Position numbers and translations under genes: made by a program | The notes under the pieces: generated by a model | What the model was told of the DNA's origin: nothing | What the model saw: only the letters and a program-made list of their open reading frames with translations | Database searches by the model: none | Shown here: piece after piece, positions 11,551 to 28,926 of the stretch | Layout of the letters: the number at the start of each line of letters is the position of its first letter | Position numbering within the stretch: the first letter of the stretch is position 1 | NCBI GenBank assembly: GCA_951406725.2 | Contig: OX597819.1 | Coordinates: 81,716,001-81,780,000 of the forward strand | Length of the DNA: 64,000 bases | Reading direction: 5' to 3' | Source: Octopus vulgaris | Lineage: Eukaryota

Positions 11551-11713
11551 GGACATATTGTTAAATTCTATCTGTTGGTCTTTCTTTTTTCTATCTTAAA
11601 ATAGTGCTTATAATGTCTAATACTATATATAAGATTAGTGGTTAATATTTTCCTTTTTAATTCTTTGAAGTTCTTTCAAAATTGCCTGTTTTTTCTTTTT
11701 TCCTTTTTTCCAG

Positions 11714-13167
11714 ACTGTCGGAAAACAAAAGATAAAAGTCATAAAAATGATAATCAAGGTGGAATTAGCTCACAATCCATTTCCATGAAACCCTCTTCTA
11801 CAATGTCTGCTAATAATCAGAATAGTATAGAAGGTCATTATGATAAGCAGTCAGTGAGTCAAGAGTCTGAAGCTCTCTTTACAGGGGTACAATCCAAATT
11901 ATCCAACAATAACAATGACCAGAATGAGGTCAACGACAACTGCTCCATGTTTATTGACAAAAGCAATGAACCAATTAAACTGGACAACAAAAATTCAAGA
12001 CGCAAAGCAGAAAAGCCAAGAAAGCGTCGTCGAGAAAATGAAACCATTGAAGATAACTATTTGGAGGATGAATTTCTTAGTGACCATAAAGATATGGACA
12101 GTAAGATCACTCGTCTCATTAGTAGCATTGATGACAACAAAAATAATTCAGGGGAGATGAATCACATAAAATCAAATGTGGCTATGTCAATGAGAAATCA
12201 AGAGAAACTAACAGCTAACATTTCATCTCCAATACCTGAAGACTTATCAACAAAATCAGTGACTATAGTTCACTCTCCAGTTCAGAATTCACATTTACCA
12301 AATTCAACATCTAATAGAGATTGTACATCAGATTGGACAAATACTGTTGAAAGTAACACTCCTGACTTCTCACACCAACACACCTCGGTTAAAGACTTAG
12401 AAGATGTGATGAACCGGCACCTGCCAACAATTACAGAAAATCCTGATTCCAATATGAATGGAGAAATGAACAACCGTTATCAGTCACGACACAAACCAAC
12501 AATACAATGGATTGGATCTCATCAGAATGCATCAGATTCTCTTCCTGCCTCAAATCTTCTGAGGTCAATTTTTGCCAATCGAGAATCCGTCATTCGAAGC
12601 AGTCGTCCACAATGTTATAATGACATTCCTGTAAGTATGTTAACGCCACCTAGTGGTGACGGTGGCTATAAAGATCCAACAAATGCATCAATGTCATCAA
12701 TGCCAAATGGAAGCAAGGCTCCTATCAACCAAGATGCACAGTACGCTGCTTCTACATATGCATCCACTCCATTAACCGTTTCTATGTCTTGTAATGCTAT
12801 GTCAGACTCTTACAGCATCACACCCCCATCTTCTGTCTCTCCTCAAGACAAATTGCACTCACCCTTCACCGATGTTAGCTATGTGGATAGTACCACTCAA
12901 TGTACAAGTCTTCCAGCCGACAATTCTGCAATCCAGCGTATACCTGTCAAACCACAAGCTGGCTATACATTAACTGTCACCTCACCTCAAAACCTTGAAT
13001 ATGATCATACAAAATCTACAGGATTTCAAGCTTCTGGTCCATACATCCCAACATCCTCAGAGTATACCCATTATAGTCATATGAACAATGGTAATAATAC
13101 TCCTTCCTATGACCATAGTAGTCATCGATCTTCAGGACCGTGGTACTCAACTGCATACACAAATTAA
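11714..13167 (+). CDS. trh: trachealess terminal coding exon (C-terminal regulatory region)
   Basis: Long ORF entered at a CAG acceptor in the right phase; motifs SVKDLEDVMNRHLP, TIQWIG, LLRSIFANRESVIR and TPPSSVSP recalled from protostome Trachealess; basic NLS-like RRKAEKPRKRRR; TAA stop and AATAAA at 13259-13264. Confidence 0.95.
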
Positions 13168-13279
13168 TAATTGGCATTTATTCAAACTTTACCCAGACAT
13201 TTCTTTAAGGTTTAATGTAACATTCTGTTGATGAGCTTCCCACACATTTCATTATTTTAATAAATATGCAAAAGAAAAA

Positions 13280-13377
13280 ATATATATACATATATAAATG
13301 TAAAGAAACATCAACACATGCATGCATACATTCACCACATTCACATACATGAGTTTACATATACACACATATGTATG

Positions 13378-13419
<42 letters not shown>

Positions 13420-13433
13420 TATATATATATGTA

Positions 13434-13482
<49 letters not shown>

Positions 13483-13670
13483 TCACACACATGCACATAC
13501 ACATACAAATGTACATACATGCATTGATATATATGTGTGTGTATAGATATATGTATATATATGCATGTTTATAAATATATATATGCATATATAGATACAT
13601 AAATATACATGTGTGTATGTGTGTGTATGTATATATATATATATATGTTTGTGTGTGTGTGTGTGTAATG

Positions 13671-13714
<44 letters not shown>

Positions 13715-13760
13715 TACATGTATGTATGTATGTATATGTATACATATATATGTATATATC
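13280..13760. repeat. compound (TA)n/(CA)n/(TATG)n microsatellite just 3' of trh
   Basis: Seen directly. Confidence 0.98.
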
Positions 13761-16304
13761 AGGTGGTGCTATTAAGTTAGACATGACCTGGGCCAATCTT
13801 TGGTCAAAACGTATCTAAGTTGTCTAAGTTATATATATAATGCTACTGGTGACATGTAAGTTGGTACATTTTGTTAAATGGTTAGATTGTTGGCAACTAA
13901 AGCAACATCACCCACCCACCCCAATCCTACCTCTACAGGGCTAGCCTGGTTAAGAGGAGTGCTAAAAAAAAAACCAACTGAATCAACACCTACCAATAGA
14001 GTACGTTGAAATAGAAATATTTGATTTAGTGACCAAGTGCACTGCTGTCCATTTGGGAGTACTGTTTCCTGAGTTATTAGTCAAAAGAGGAATAGATAGG
14101 ACTCCTTTACTGTGGTAGCAGCAATCTATTTGTACTACCCTGTTGTCTTGTGGGTGTGTCAAGGGGTACACTCTGAAAGAAAAACAAGCTGTGATAGATA
14201 GCTTTAAGGCAGTTCCCAATAGATTGGATTTCCAGTAACTTTCTGCACCTGTGAGAAGTTACCAGTCATCTTGAGTCGTCTTTGCCATCAGATGCATGTC
14301 CTTCACAGCAAAAATAGTGATATTGGGAAATATACTTTCCTAATGTCAACTTCATTGTACAGATAACATTTCCTGCAATGTCGACTATGGATCTTGGATC
14401 TCAGTGGTGGTCATTGTTGTTACAGTAGCCAAGGTACCACATGTCTTTGATAATGAAATACTACCACTTCTGTGGTTTATTCACTCATGGGTGCTCACAG
14501 TAAGCATAGCACAGATTTAGCTGTTGTGATTCTACAATCATCCACATAGTTGTCTCCTCTATTGCTGCTCTTTAAAAGTGCAGTTATAAAAAAAGATTCT
14601 CAATTCCAGAAGATAGTCGTCACTGAATTAGGTGGACAACTGTAAGCATGCACATACTCATACATATACACACATATGTGTATGCATTAATGTATGTTTG
14701 TGTGTGTGTGTGTGTGTACATACATAGATATGCATTTGTGCATATATATGCATACCATCATTGTCATTTTATGTCTATTTTTCATGCTACCATGAGCTGA
14801 ATTTTTCCCTTCTTATTCAGTGTTGCTGCCTTTCAGATAGGTTATAAGGACTGTCCTCACTAAAATGTTCACATGTGTACGCATACAAAGGAAAAAATTG
14901 TGCACACACAAGGTTTCCAAGATGAAATCAATTTTTTTTAAAATTAAAGGTAGCATCTTGTATGGATGCACCACATACTTAACAAAGAGGGACAAAATTT
15001 TCATACTAGTAAATTTTTGAGCCTATCCAGTGCAAAAAAAAAAAAATTGGAAGGAACATTATTTGGGATATCAATATCTTGCTTGTACATTCTATTTTGA
15101 GCATGATTACAATGGTTGGATACCCTTCCTAACGTCAATCACTTTACAGAATGTACTGGAGGTATTTTATTTTAGCACCACATTATTGAAGTTGCTTTGT
15201 ACTCCAGTAGAAAGAGAGCTAGCACTTCTCTACTTTGTTCCATTTTCATAGAGCAATGTAACCAATTGAGAGGGCAGAAAGGTAGATGGTTGTAGAAGAT
15301 GAACTGAGGTGGGAGGAAGGAAAGAAAGTAAAGTATGAAAATCGAGGGAAATTTTGAGGAGAGCTGTGTGAGAAAGAGTAATGGAAGAGAAATTGTAATG
15401 GCAAGGTATAAAAAGAGAAAAAAGAGAGAGTGATAATAATAGTAAAGCATAATGGGAGACAGAAGCCCCAAAGCAGCAACATGTGTGCTTATAAGAGAGG
15501 CAGAAAGTGATGGGTAGTTATATAGATCAATAGTAAAAAAGTGTGACTGATGTCAGTAAAGAGTGACTTGAGTGATGACCAGCAGGATAGAAGGATTAAT
15601 TTTTGCTGAAAAGAGAGAGTACAAGTGATGAATTGTTGAGATGGCAATAGTAAGGGTGATGAATGTCAATAAAAGAGAGAGCTAAGGGAGGGAGTGATGG
15701 ATAGCAACAAAGAATAAACGGAGGTATGTATTGAATATTACCATGCCTGATGCAATCCTTCATTATTCAGGCATCAATAAAGGAGAGAGGAATGAATGAT
15801 AGTAATGAGAGGTGGAACAAGTATAGACAGATCTAAAACTTTTCCTCAGTACATGGACTGCATGGTACAGCAAATAGTTGGTAGGATAGTAGAGTGATAA
15901 AAGAATTATGAATAGACAAGAATTGCTGGAAGAGACTTTGCAGATACAATATGGGTGAAAGGCCAAATGTGGAAATATATTAAATATATCCCTCCTACAT
16001 CACGTCTCCATTTTAATGTAATTTTACTCCATGCTTACATGAGCAATCAGGTCTTTGCCACCCTCACATGTGACAAATTGTTGTGATCTTTTATCATATC
16101 CTTTGTGAAACACATCAAGAGACTAGTCTTCATCACTTATCCCAAGTCTTATTCAGTCTCACAACTCATCTAAAAAGGCAGTAACTCTGAATAAGATTTG
16201 ACCTGGACCATGACTATCTGTCCAACTTATGATGATCTAAAAGGCAAATATAAAATGATGACAATGATGATGATGAGGTATATATATATATATAACAGAC
16301 TCCT

Positions 16305-16351
<47 letters not shown>

Positions 16352-17869
16352 ACACACACACACACTACTTTGCCCCATATTCTCCCCAGTCTTTCTCTTC
16401 CACAGGCTCCATCTATTCTCATTGCTCAGCACTTCTTTATATAGCCATCATCTTCTAGAGGCATCACATGCCCATCCCTGAACATTCATTTCTCTTGCAT
16501 CATGCTGTTCACTCCTTTATTGCCAGCAAAGAGATATAGCCCCATGAACTTTTGACAACTTGTTCGTATTATGGTCATCATGCTTTCAAAACACTTACTT
16601 TCATTGCTAATTCAGTTACCTAATGTAGGTAACAAAATAAACCATCTACTTTTAAGAAAGATTTCTAGGTATTTGTGAGAAGTTACTTCCCATGTTCTGT
16701 TAGTGCTTATTACTCTTGGTGCATCTACTGTATATGAAGTCTACCTTCACTATTAGCATTCCTGTGATGCTACTGCATTATTTGTGCATTCTTGATCAGC
16801 ACCGGGTGCACTGCTATGGAGTTTCTACATGCTCCTTTTCTGTATATTAAGCATGGCAATTTCCATAATAGTAACAGACTCCTATCTTTTCTCCTACTAA
16901 ATAAAACCTTAGTCTTTGATAAGTTTACTTTATGGCCTCTTAGTTCCAGATTTGTTCATTTTTGCCTGAATTTTTTTCTTTATATCTATTACTGATTCTG
17001 TTATAAGAACTAAGGCATCAACATATAGCAGTTTCCGGAGACAAATGTTCTTAGACTTCTATTATAGTTTGTGGTGGTGGGGCAATGATGAATAGAAGGG
17101 AGCTGAGAAGTGAGCTCTGGTGAACACAAAGTTGCACATTAAAACTAGTTACTGTATTCATTGCTAACTTTCCCCTTGCTGACCACACCCTGTACATAGT
17201 TTGTATAACCCTCACAAATCAGTCATGTACACAGATTTTCCTGAGATTACAGAGCATAGAACTCTGTCCAAAGTGTTCTACAGATTGGTGAATGCTAAAT
17301 ACTGTAGTTTACTTTGATTAAGTACTTCCGCAGTTGGTCACCACAAAGAGGGCATCAGCAGTACTTCCCCATAAAACAAACCTGTACTGCATTTCATTTC
17401 ATATGTGTGTGTGTGTGTATGTGCATACATACATACATACACACTCACACACACATATATATATATATGTATGTATATATGTAATACAAATATATACACA
17501 ACGTACATACATGCACACACATATATTAACTATAAAGAAGAGAAGTATTCAGTATATGGTGTAGAGTATGATTATATGTATTCGGCTGATTATTCACATT
17601 TTCTTATTCCCCCACTCAGTCCGGACATCAGCTTGAGGTAGCATAATGATGTCACGAAAGATGTCATCAGGGCCTCCCTATTTCATTCGCAGGACAATCT
17701 GCAGAAGTTAGTCATAAAGGGTGATAACACTCCAACTGAAATTTGATATTTTTATAGGGGGAGATAACTTTACTTGGCTAGGTTTTGGAAAACTTGTTCC
17801 CAAAATTAACTAAATTAGTGGTAATTAGTATCAATAATGATTAACAAAAATAATTAGCAAAATTTGTAA

Positions 17870-19965
<2,096 letters not shown>

Positions 19966-21574
19966 TTGACAGACGTTGCTGTTAGCTTCTATCAGCTGAA
20001 TGGGCGCAGCAGAATCTCTTTTTGCTGATGCAAAACCAAAGGTATCAACATGTTCTACTGTCTGACCTTACATAATAAACCATTTAAACTCGAACTCCAG
20101 TATTCAGTACTCTTTTCTTTCATTGTGCATATATGGCTGTGTGGTTACGAAGTTTGGTTCCCAATCACATGGTTTCTGGTTCATCCTCAGCTGCAAGGCA
20201 TCTTGGGCAAGTGTCTTCTACTATAGCTCTGAGCTGACCAAAGCCTTGTGAGTGGTTTTAATAGACAAAAACTGAAAGAACCCCAGTGTGTGTGTGTGTT
20301 TGTGTCCCTTTGTAGTTGCATGTGTTAATTGTAAATGAGTATCTTTGTCATACAAGCAGTGTCATTCACTTCAATATTTCGTGAAAACATATCTAGTCAT
20401 GAGCTGATATTACCATGCTTGGAAACAGGTGAGCAAACTAGAGCAATGGATTTCAGTGATGCTATCAGCAAGTGGATTCATAGCATCGTAGATCATGTCA
20501 TCAAGCAAATTCACCCGGTACGAACCTTTTAATAAACAACATCTTCAAAACATATTTTAAAACAAAGTCCTACCACACACAAAACCATGAAGATAGAAAC
20601 AAAGGCACAAAATGGCTATTCAGTGATCCTATCCCAAGCAACCTTTACATTTCTAGATTACATTGAGAAGAATTGTGTGTGTGTGTGTAACTGCAAACAG
20701 TTTTTTTTTATTGTATCCTTCATCCACTTATTCAGATTAAGGAACTCTCTTTACTCTTTTACTTGTTTCAGTCATTTGACTGTGGCCATGCTGGAGCACC
20801 GCCTTTTAGTCGAGCAAATCGACCCCAGGACTTATTCTTTGTAAGCCTAGTACTTATTCTATCGGTTTCTTTTCCCGAACTGCTAAGTTACGGGGACGTA
20901 AACACAGCAGCATCGGTTGTCAAGCGATGTTGGGGGGGACAATCACAGACACACAAACATATACACATACATATATATATACATATATACGACGGGCTTC
21001 TTTCAGCTTCCGTCTACCAAATCCACTCACAAGGCTTTGGTCGGCCTGAGGCTATAGTAGAAGACACTTGCCCAAGTGCGTGGCACCGAACCTGGAACCA
21101 TGTGGTTCGTAAGCAAGCTACTTACCACACAGCCACTCCTATGCCTAAGAAAAAATTCCACATTTTTGTCACAATTAGCAAAGGAACCTTACCAACCAAG
21201 GGCTGACATAGCCTTTAATAGCATGGAATGTCATAGATTTTTCTGGGACATACAGCAGTGGAACCTGACTACCAGAAATTTCCAAAACCTGAAGTAGAAT
21301 GCAGCGTCACTTAATAGTACGTCAGTGGATTTGTCCAGTTGTCATCATCAGTGGAGCTTCCACTAGGATTACGAACAAATTTCTCAGATGACTGAATATT
21401 ACCCACAGAATTCAGCTGTAAATCAATCACTAAAACAGCATCCGCCTGGCAGAATTATAACCGTTGCACAGGCAACGACTAGGAGTTACCTCCCTCTAAA
21501 ACAGGCAATAGTCATGTCTTTAATAAAACGTTTAAAGGAAAGTTGCTCCCTGTTTGCATAAATGTGTGTGTGTG

Positions 21575-22815
21575 TGAGGTTGGTGCAAAAGAAATGGCTG
21601 ATTTTAAGGTCTCTATTAAATAATGAAAAAGCCCATGATTAAGACAATATTTATTTGTTAACATAATTTCCATTGCTTTCTAAAGCTTCATTCCATCTGT
21701 CAACAAGCTTATAAATGCCACACTTGTAAAATTGTTTCAGTTTTGATGCGAAATATAAATCCAACTTATTTTCAACCTCTTCTCTTAATGTCAATCTAAG
21801 ACCATTCAAATGGTTCTGTAGTCACCAAAACAAGTGATAATCAAAAGGAACAAGGTCTGAAGAATATGGAGGATGAAGTAATATCTCCCAACCAAGCTCT
21901 TCCAAGAGATCTTTGGTCAGTCGAGATATGTGAGGACGAGCATTATCATGGTGGAAGATGGCACCCTTTCTGTTAACTAAGCAGGGTCGTTTTCTGTGCA
22001 AAGCAGCTTTCAAACGAGGAAGTTGACACAGCAGAGGTCAGCAGTAATTGATTGATTGTTGTCTAACAGTTCATAATGAACAATTCCTTCAACATCCCAC
22101 CATACACTCAACATGATCTTCCTTGGATGAAGTCCTCCTCTTGGTTGTTGAACAGGTCTTCCTCCTAGACTGAACTACAACCAGCAGCATTTAACATTAT
22201 GGTAAAGGATCCACTTCTCATCAGCTGTAGCAAGCCTTCCTAAAAATGGTTCCTTAAGGTGTCGTGAAAGCAATGACTGACAGCAAACAACACACTGTTG
22301 CAGATCCTCTGGGGACAATTCATGTGGGACCCATTTTCCAACCACTGAAACCTTTTTGATCTTTTTTAGTTGATGTAGAACAGTTGTATGGGCTATGTTA
22401 AACTGTTCTGCAAACTCTCTACAAGCAGTAGTTGAATTTTCGACAACAGCTTCCAACTCTTCGGAGTTTTGAACGAACTTCTTTTGGTTTGTCTTTCAAA
22501 CTCAAATCCCCACTTCTGAAGTGAGAAAACCATCTCTTGCAACTTCTTTCATTCACTACATCATCCCATAAACTTTCTGAAGTGACGTTACTGCTGTGCT
22601 TGCATTGACATCTTTATGAAACTCATTGAGTCAGATCACATTAGACATCTAAGGTGATCTTTAAATGGGACGAACATGAGTGCAAATATAGCAGAAGATT
22701 ACGGCTAATGCAATCAGAATCTGAAAGAAAAATATATAAATTACTCATTCTGAATTCTTAAAAGCTATCGAAAACTGTTTTTAAAAAATCAGCCATTACC
22801 TCTGCACTAACCTGA
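21575..22815 (-). mobile_element. full-length inactive mariner (DD34D) transposon
   Basis: TIRs aggttggtgcaaaagaaatggctgatttt / aaaatcagccattacctctgcactaacct (Hsmar1-like start); transposase motifs WVPHEL, TADEKW, HDNARPH, YSSDLVPFDYHLF broken by stops/frameshifts; ~1.24 kb. Confidence 0.95.
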
Positions 22816-22933
22816 TATGTATGGTAAGAAGATTACTTCCCACTGCATGGCACCTTGGGCAAGTGTGTTCTACTATAGCCAACCAAAGCTTCGAGAGGAT
22901 TTGGTAGACAGAAACTGAAAGAAGCCTATCACG

Positions 22934-22965
<32 letters not shown>

Positions 22966-23061
22966 TGTATGTATGTATGTATGTATATATATATATATAA
23001 CATAAAAAGTAAAACGTAAAAATGTCAAAAGGAGGAGTAAGTATGGTTAGGCAGTTTTTTA

Positions 23062-23183
23062 ATCGCTACAAATGTTTTGCTACATACAGATCCTCGTATA
23101 TACAAGATTTAAAGTTAAGTTTAAATTAAACTATGTAACGATTTACCTGTATAAGAAGATCTATATAAATCTCCTCAGGTGAT
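23062..23183 (-). ncRNA. decayed type I hammerhead motif with long stem II
   Basis: Minus: ATCAC-CTGAGGA-G...TATATAGATCTTC / GAGGATCTGTATG (13 pairs incl. G-U)...C-AAAA-CATTTG-TA-GCGAT; GAAA changed to AAAA at a CpG. Confidence 0.6.
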
Positions 23184-23658
23184 ACTCAGTTGCTATCTCC
23201 ATAAATAAATTTGGATTTCCATGCTACAACATCCATGGCTTCTTCTTTGAAACTAACAAACGCTGATGGTTTCAATTCGCTCGGTATGAGTGTGTTATCA
23301 TGTTCGACATTAGCTGCAATGTGCACGTTGTCTGTTTATTTATTCAGTTTCAACATGTTATTCTGCACATGCCAAACTGTTCCATTATGCAATATACATT
23401 CATCCATTAGCTCATACTTATACAATCACTTACACACCAATATATCATACATCACTGAGTGCTTCCATACATATACACATACACGCACACACACACACAC
23501 ACATGCACGCACACACACACATACACTCACATGTAGACACGTACACACATACATGCATATATATAAAAATATATGTTCATATATTCAGATGCACCCATGC
23601 ATACATATACTCCCCTACATATCAATAAACACATTCACATCTATACATAGACACTTAT

Positions 23659-23727
<69 letters not shown>

Positions 23728-23976
23728 TAGATAGATAGATAGATAGATAGATGCATATGTGTGTGTGTGTGTTTGTCCCCCACCACTGCTTGACAACCTG
23801 TTGGTATGTTTACATCATCCATAACATAGCAGTTCAACAAAAGAGATTTATAAAATAAGTACCTGGCTTTAAAAAAAATAAGTACTTGGATTGATTCATT
23901 TATCTAAAACTTCTTCAAGGCAGTGCCCCAGCATGGCTGCAGTCTAATGACTGAAACAAGTAAAAGAAATTTATGC

Positions 23977-24022
<46 letters not shown>

Positions 24023-24059
24023 ACATGCACATGTGATGTGTATGTATCTATGTGAAGAT

Positions 24060-24935
24060 AGTGAAGGTGCGTGGTTCAGTGGTTAGAGCGTCAAGCTCAC
24101 AATTATGAAGTAGTAAGTTTGATTCCCAGACCATACTGTGTGTTGTGTTCTTGACCAAGACACTTTATTTCACATTGCTCCAGTTCACTCAGCTGTAGAA
24201 ATGAATTGCAATGTCACTGGTGCCAAGCTGTATCAGCATTTGCCTTCCTCTTGGACAACATCAGCGTTGTGGAGAGGGGAGACTAGTATGCATGGACAAC
24301 TGCTAGTCATCCATTAACAACCATGTCCGGACTTATGCCTTGGAGGGTAACTTTCTAGGTGCAATCCCATGGTCATTCATGAGCAAAGGGAGTCTTTACA
24401 TGTATATATGTATATATGTATGTGTGGAAGCACAATGACTCAGTGGTTAGGGCAGCAGACTCGCAGTCATAGGATCGTGGTTTCGATTCCCAAACCGGGC
24501 ATTGTATGTGTTTATTGAGCAACAACACCTAAAGCTCTACGAGGCTCCAGAATGGGTGGTGATGAACCCTGCTGTACTCTTTCACCACAACTTTCTCTCA
24601 CTCTTTCTTCCTGTTTCTGTTGTACCTGTATTTCAAAGGGCCAGCCTTGTCACACTGTGTGTTGTGCTGAATCTCCTCGAGAACTACATTAAGGGTACAC
24701 GTGTCTGTGGAGTGCTCAGCCATTTGCACGTTAATAAATGAGCTGTGACGTCACTTGGTGCCAAGCTGTATCAGCTTTTGCCTTTCCCTTGGATAACATT
24801 GGTGGCATGGAGAGTGGAGGCTGGTATGCGTGGGCGACTGCTGGTCTTCCATAAACAACCTTGCCCGGACTTGTGCCTGGGAGGGTAACTTTGTAGGTGC
24901 AATCCCATGGTCATTTATGACCGAATGGGGTCACA
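24060..24935 (+). mobile_element. cluster of three tandem tRNA-derived SINE pieces
   Basis: A/B boxes at ~24072-24128 and ~24435-24491; 24738-24935 repeats the 3' half of 24200-24398. Confidence 0.85.
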
Positions 24936-25329
24936 ATAAAAATATATGTATGTATGCATATATGCATGAGGGGATTTAATACAAATTATACAAATTACAT
25001 TAGAACAAGTATATTCTTATAAGATTTATTGAGCATTAACTCTTTGCTTCGTAGAAAATCTTCAGAAGTACGTGATATTTTAAATGAGGGATGCATTAGT
25101 TAAAAACATTCTAAATGATTCCAACACACTTGTACTATATTTGATTGCCAATACATTTCTTTGGAATTCATTTGATATTTAACCTATCTAAGTTTTCCAC
25201 AAATATGTAATGTTTTACTGTATACTAATATTTTGGTCTCAAATTTTGGCACAAGGCCAGTAATTTCGGGGGAGGGGATAAGTCAATTACATCAACCCCA
25301 GTGTTCAACTGGTACTGAGTTTGTCGACC

Positions 25330-25507
25330 TCATCATCATCATCATCATCATCGTTTAACGTCCGTTTTCCATGCTAGCATGGGTTGGACGGTTCAACTGG
25401 GGTCTGGGAAGCCAGGAGGCTGCGCCAGGCCCAGTCTGATCTGGTAGTGTTTCTACAGCTGGATGCCCTTCCTAACGCCAACCACTCCAAGAGTGTAGTG
25501 GGTGCTT
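25330..25507 (-). mobile_element. 5'-truncated RTE tail nested in a Nin-type SINE
   Basis: (CAT)n + cgtttaacgtccgttttccatgctagc splits the SINE between gtcgacc and aggcaaagtcg. Confidence 0.85.
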
Positions 25508-27362
25508 AGGCAAAGTCGGCTTTGATGGAATTTGAACTCAGAATGTAAAGATGGAAGAAATGCCACAAACATTTTGCCCAGTGTGCTAGCAATTCTGTCA
25601 GCTCACTGCCTCACTGTATACTGATATACTAATGTCTGAATTCATTTAAATATAGTACAAATGTTCTAGAATCATTTGAAATATTTTAGATTTAAAATAG
25701 CATTTACCTCTACCAATTTCTTTTGACTGGAACTAGAGATTCTATGTTAAAGCAAAATAAAGCTGTTAAATTGTCATCATCATCATCTAACAATTTTTTT
25801 TAGTGGAAGCAGAGATTCTGTGTTAAAGCAGAATTAATCTGTTATATCATCATCATCATCATCATCATCATCATTTAGTTAAACGTCTCCTTTTCTATGC
25901 TCACATGAGTTAGACAGAATTTGTTGATGCCTTTCCTGTCACCAACCCACATCAGTATCCAAGTACCATGTTTCATGGAAGATCAGAAATAAAGAACACT
26001 GCTTGCATGATAGTGACACTCACTTGCAATTATCACATGATGTCAAGCCAATGTGACAGTAACACACACACACACACACACACTGTTATATGAACTTAAT
26101 AGAATAACAATTATTGGCTGGCACCTTCTCACAAAGTTTTGGACTTGCAGATTTCAGATGTTTCTGTTTAGATTTGGAAGAATTACATGCTATTCTGCTT
26201 CACATAGTCTCCACATGAGAAATGGACCTCCTAATTAAATTCCTTAAATCCAATTTTTGCCTCATTCACTATGGCCTCTATGTTGCATCAACTATTCAGT
26301 ACAGTATGGGGGTACTAGGCTCAGGATAATACGGCCATTGGTTCAAATCTCAGAATAGATAGTTGGTACATTTCATTCAAGGACATAATACTTTATTTCA
26401 TATTACTGCAGTTGACTCAGTTGTGGAGGTGTGCAGCTTAGTGGCTAGGATGTTGGACTCATGGTCGTAAGATTGTGCTTTCAATTCCTGGATTGGGCGA
26501 CAGATTGCATTCTTGAGCAAAACACTTCATTTCATAGGAGAGTATTGTAGTTCGCTTGAAGCATTGTGTATTGTTTGTAAAGAATAAAAAGTTTTGAATG
26601 GTACAACAATGCACTATAATATAGACAATGAGCTATATACCTGTTGTAATTTAGTCGTCCATAGTCTGATATGATATTTCGGAATAATATTCCTTCTGTA
26701 GATATTCTTAGCTGGAGTTGCTGCTATAATCGTTTTTTTAACGGCTACTGCACTCAGCTGGAAAAAATTAGTAATCTTGCAATGGAATGACATCCCATCA
26801 AAGTGGGGAATATATTTGCCATGGAAACTGGGAAACTGGCCCAATGAGTCTATGACTAGGGAAGGAACTTTACCATACCTAGTTGACTCAGTTAAAACTA
26901 ATTACCTATTTCTTTATTACCCACAAGGGGCTAAACACAGAGGGGACAAACAAGGACAGACATAGGTATTAAGTCGATTACATCGACCCCAGTGCATAAC
27001 TGGTACTTAATTTATCGACCCCGAAGGGATGAAAGGCAAAGTCGACCTCGGCGGAATTTGAACTCACAACGTAACATTAACAGTTAGAAGGGCTAACTCT
27101 GCAACTGACCATTGTCCCAATGAGAGGAAAGTCTTGTACTGCCACTCAGTCAGTTATGACAACAAAGGTTCCAGTTAATCTGATCAAGATGTGAGTGGCT
27201 GAGCACACTGCAGACGTGTGTACCCTTAATGTAGTTCCTAGAGAGATTCAGTGTGACACAGAATACATATGGCTTCATCAGAGATTTGGGCTCCAAGATA
27301 CTTGTACAATTCAACCTGGGAGGAAGGTAAAAACACAAAAGACACACAAACACATGCACACA

Positions 27363-28030
<668 letters not shown>

Positions 28031-28926
28031 AGCCATATACATATCATACTTAATGTGTGTGTGTGTGCGTGTGTGTTTGTGCATGTGCACATGCACATGT
28101 GAGTATGTCGTTTGGGTTTTTACCTTTCTTCTTGATTTTTTCCCATCCTGCAATTTATTTGGTAACTTTACTACCGCTGGTTGCATGAAATGAACACTCG
28201 GTTGTGTTAAGGAGTTTAAGGAGGGCACCCATACACAGAAACTATGCCAAAGCTGACACTGGAGTTCAGGGTAGCCCTATAGCTATCTTGGATCTAGTCA
28301 AACCACCCAACCCATGCCAGCACGGAAACTAGACATTAAATGATGATGATGATGATGATGTCTTTCCATTATATGCAATAGAAGCAGTATTGAAATTAAA
28401 ATAGCCATATACATATCATACTTAATGTAAATACATCATTGAAAAACGATTAAGCATGGTATTCATCCAGAAGTAACATCTCTTATGAATGTGTTGTGTT
28501 TAGAAATACAATGTCCCAACCTCATTGCACCTTGTATGTACTCACAGTCAACTACATACTTTGAGAAATTTACAAAATAGATTTTTATTTACCTGGGCAG
28601 GTATTCACATTAACAGTGAATATTTTATTTCCTATTTCTGCTACATCAGAGGTAACAATTATTTTCTAAGCATGTGGCTGGTAGTAAGTTCATGCCATTG
28701 AAGCTAAAGTGCTTTCAGCCATCTCACTAACTGCTGCTTGGATTATTTTCATCTCCCTCTGAAAAACTATGTTGTTAAATACAGCACGTTCATAAGAGAT
28801 GGTATCTTTAGATGAATTCCATAGTAACTGGCCTTTCAGCAGTGTATTTACATTTAAGTATGATACATAGATGGCTATATATGTCTAAATGTGTGTGTGT
28901 ATTCTTACATAAAAATGCATATATAT

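Noticed and set aside
11638-11713. N-terminal part of the 509-aa ORF as a standalone gene
   Set aside because: It is the intron's polypyrimidine tract; coding starts at the acceptor at 11714.
13983-14640. Possible coding or retroelement remnant
   Set aside because: No motif I can recognise and no consistent splice sites.
24424-24500. tRNA gene (also 1412-1488 and 42300-42375)
   Set aside because: A/B boxes are present but there is no proper acceptor stem, and each continues into a shared SINE body.
25040-25075. CTGAAGA hammerhead-like motif on the minus strand
   Set aside because: Stems I and III and the GAAA box cannot be built without several changes.
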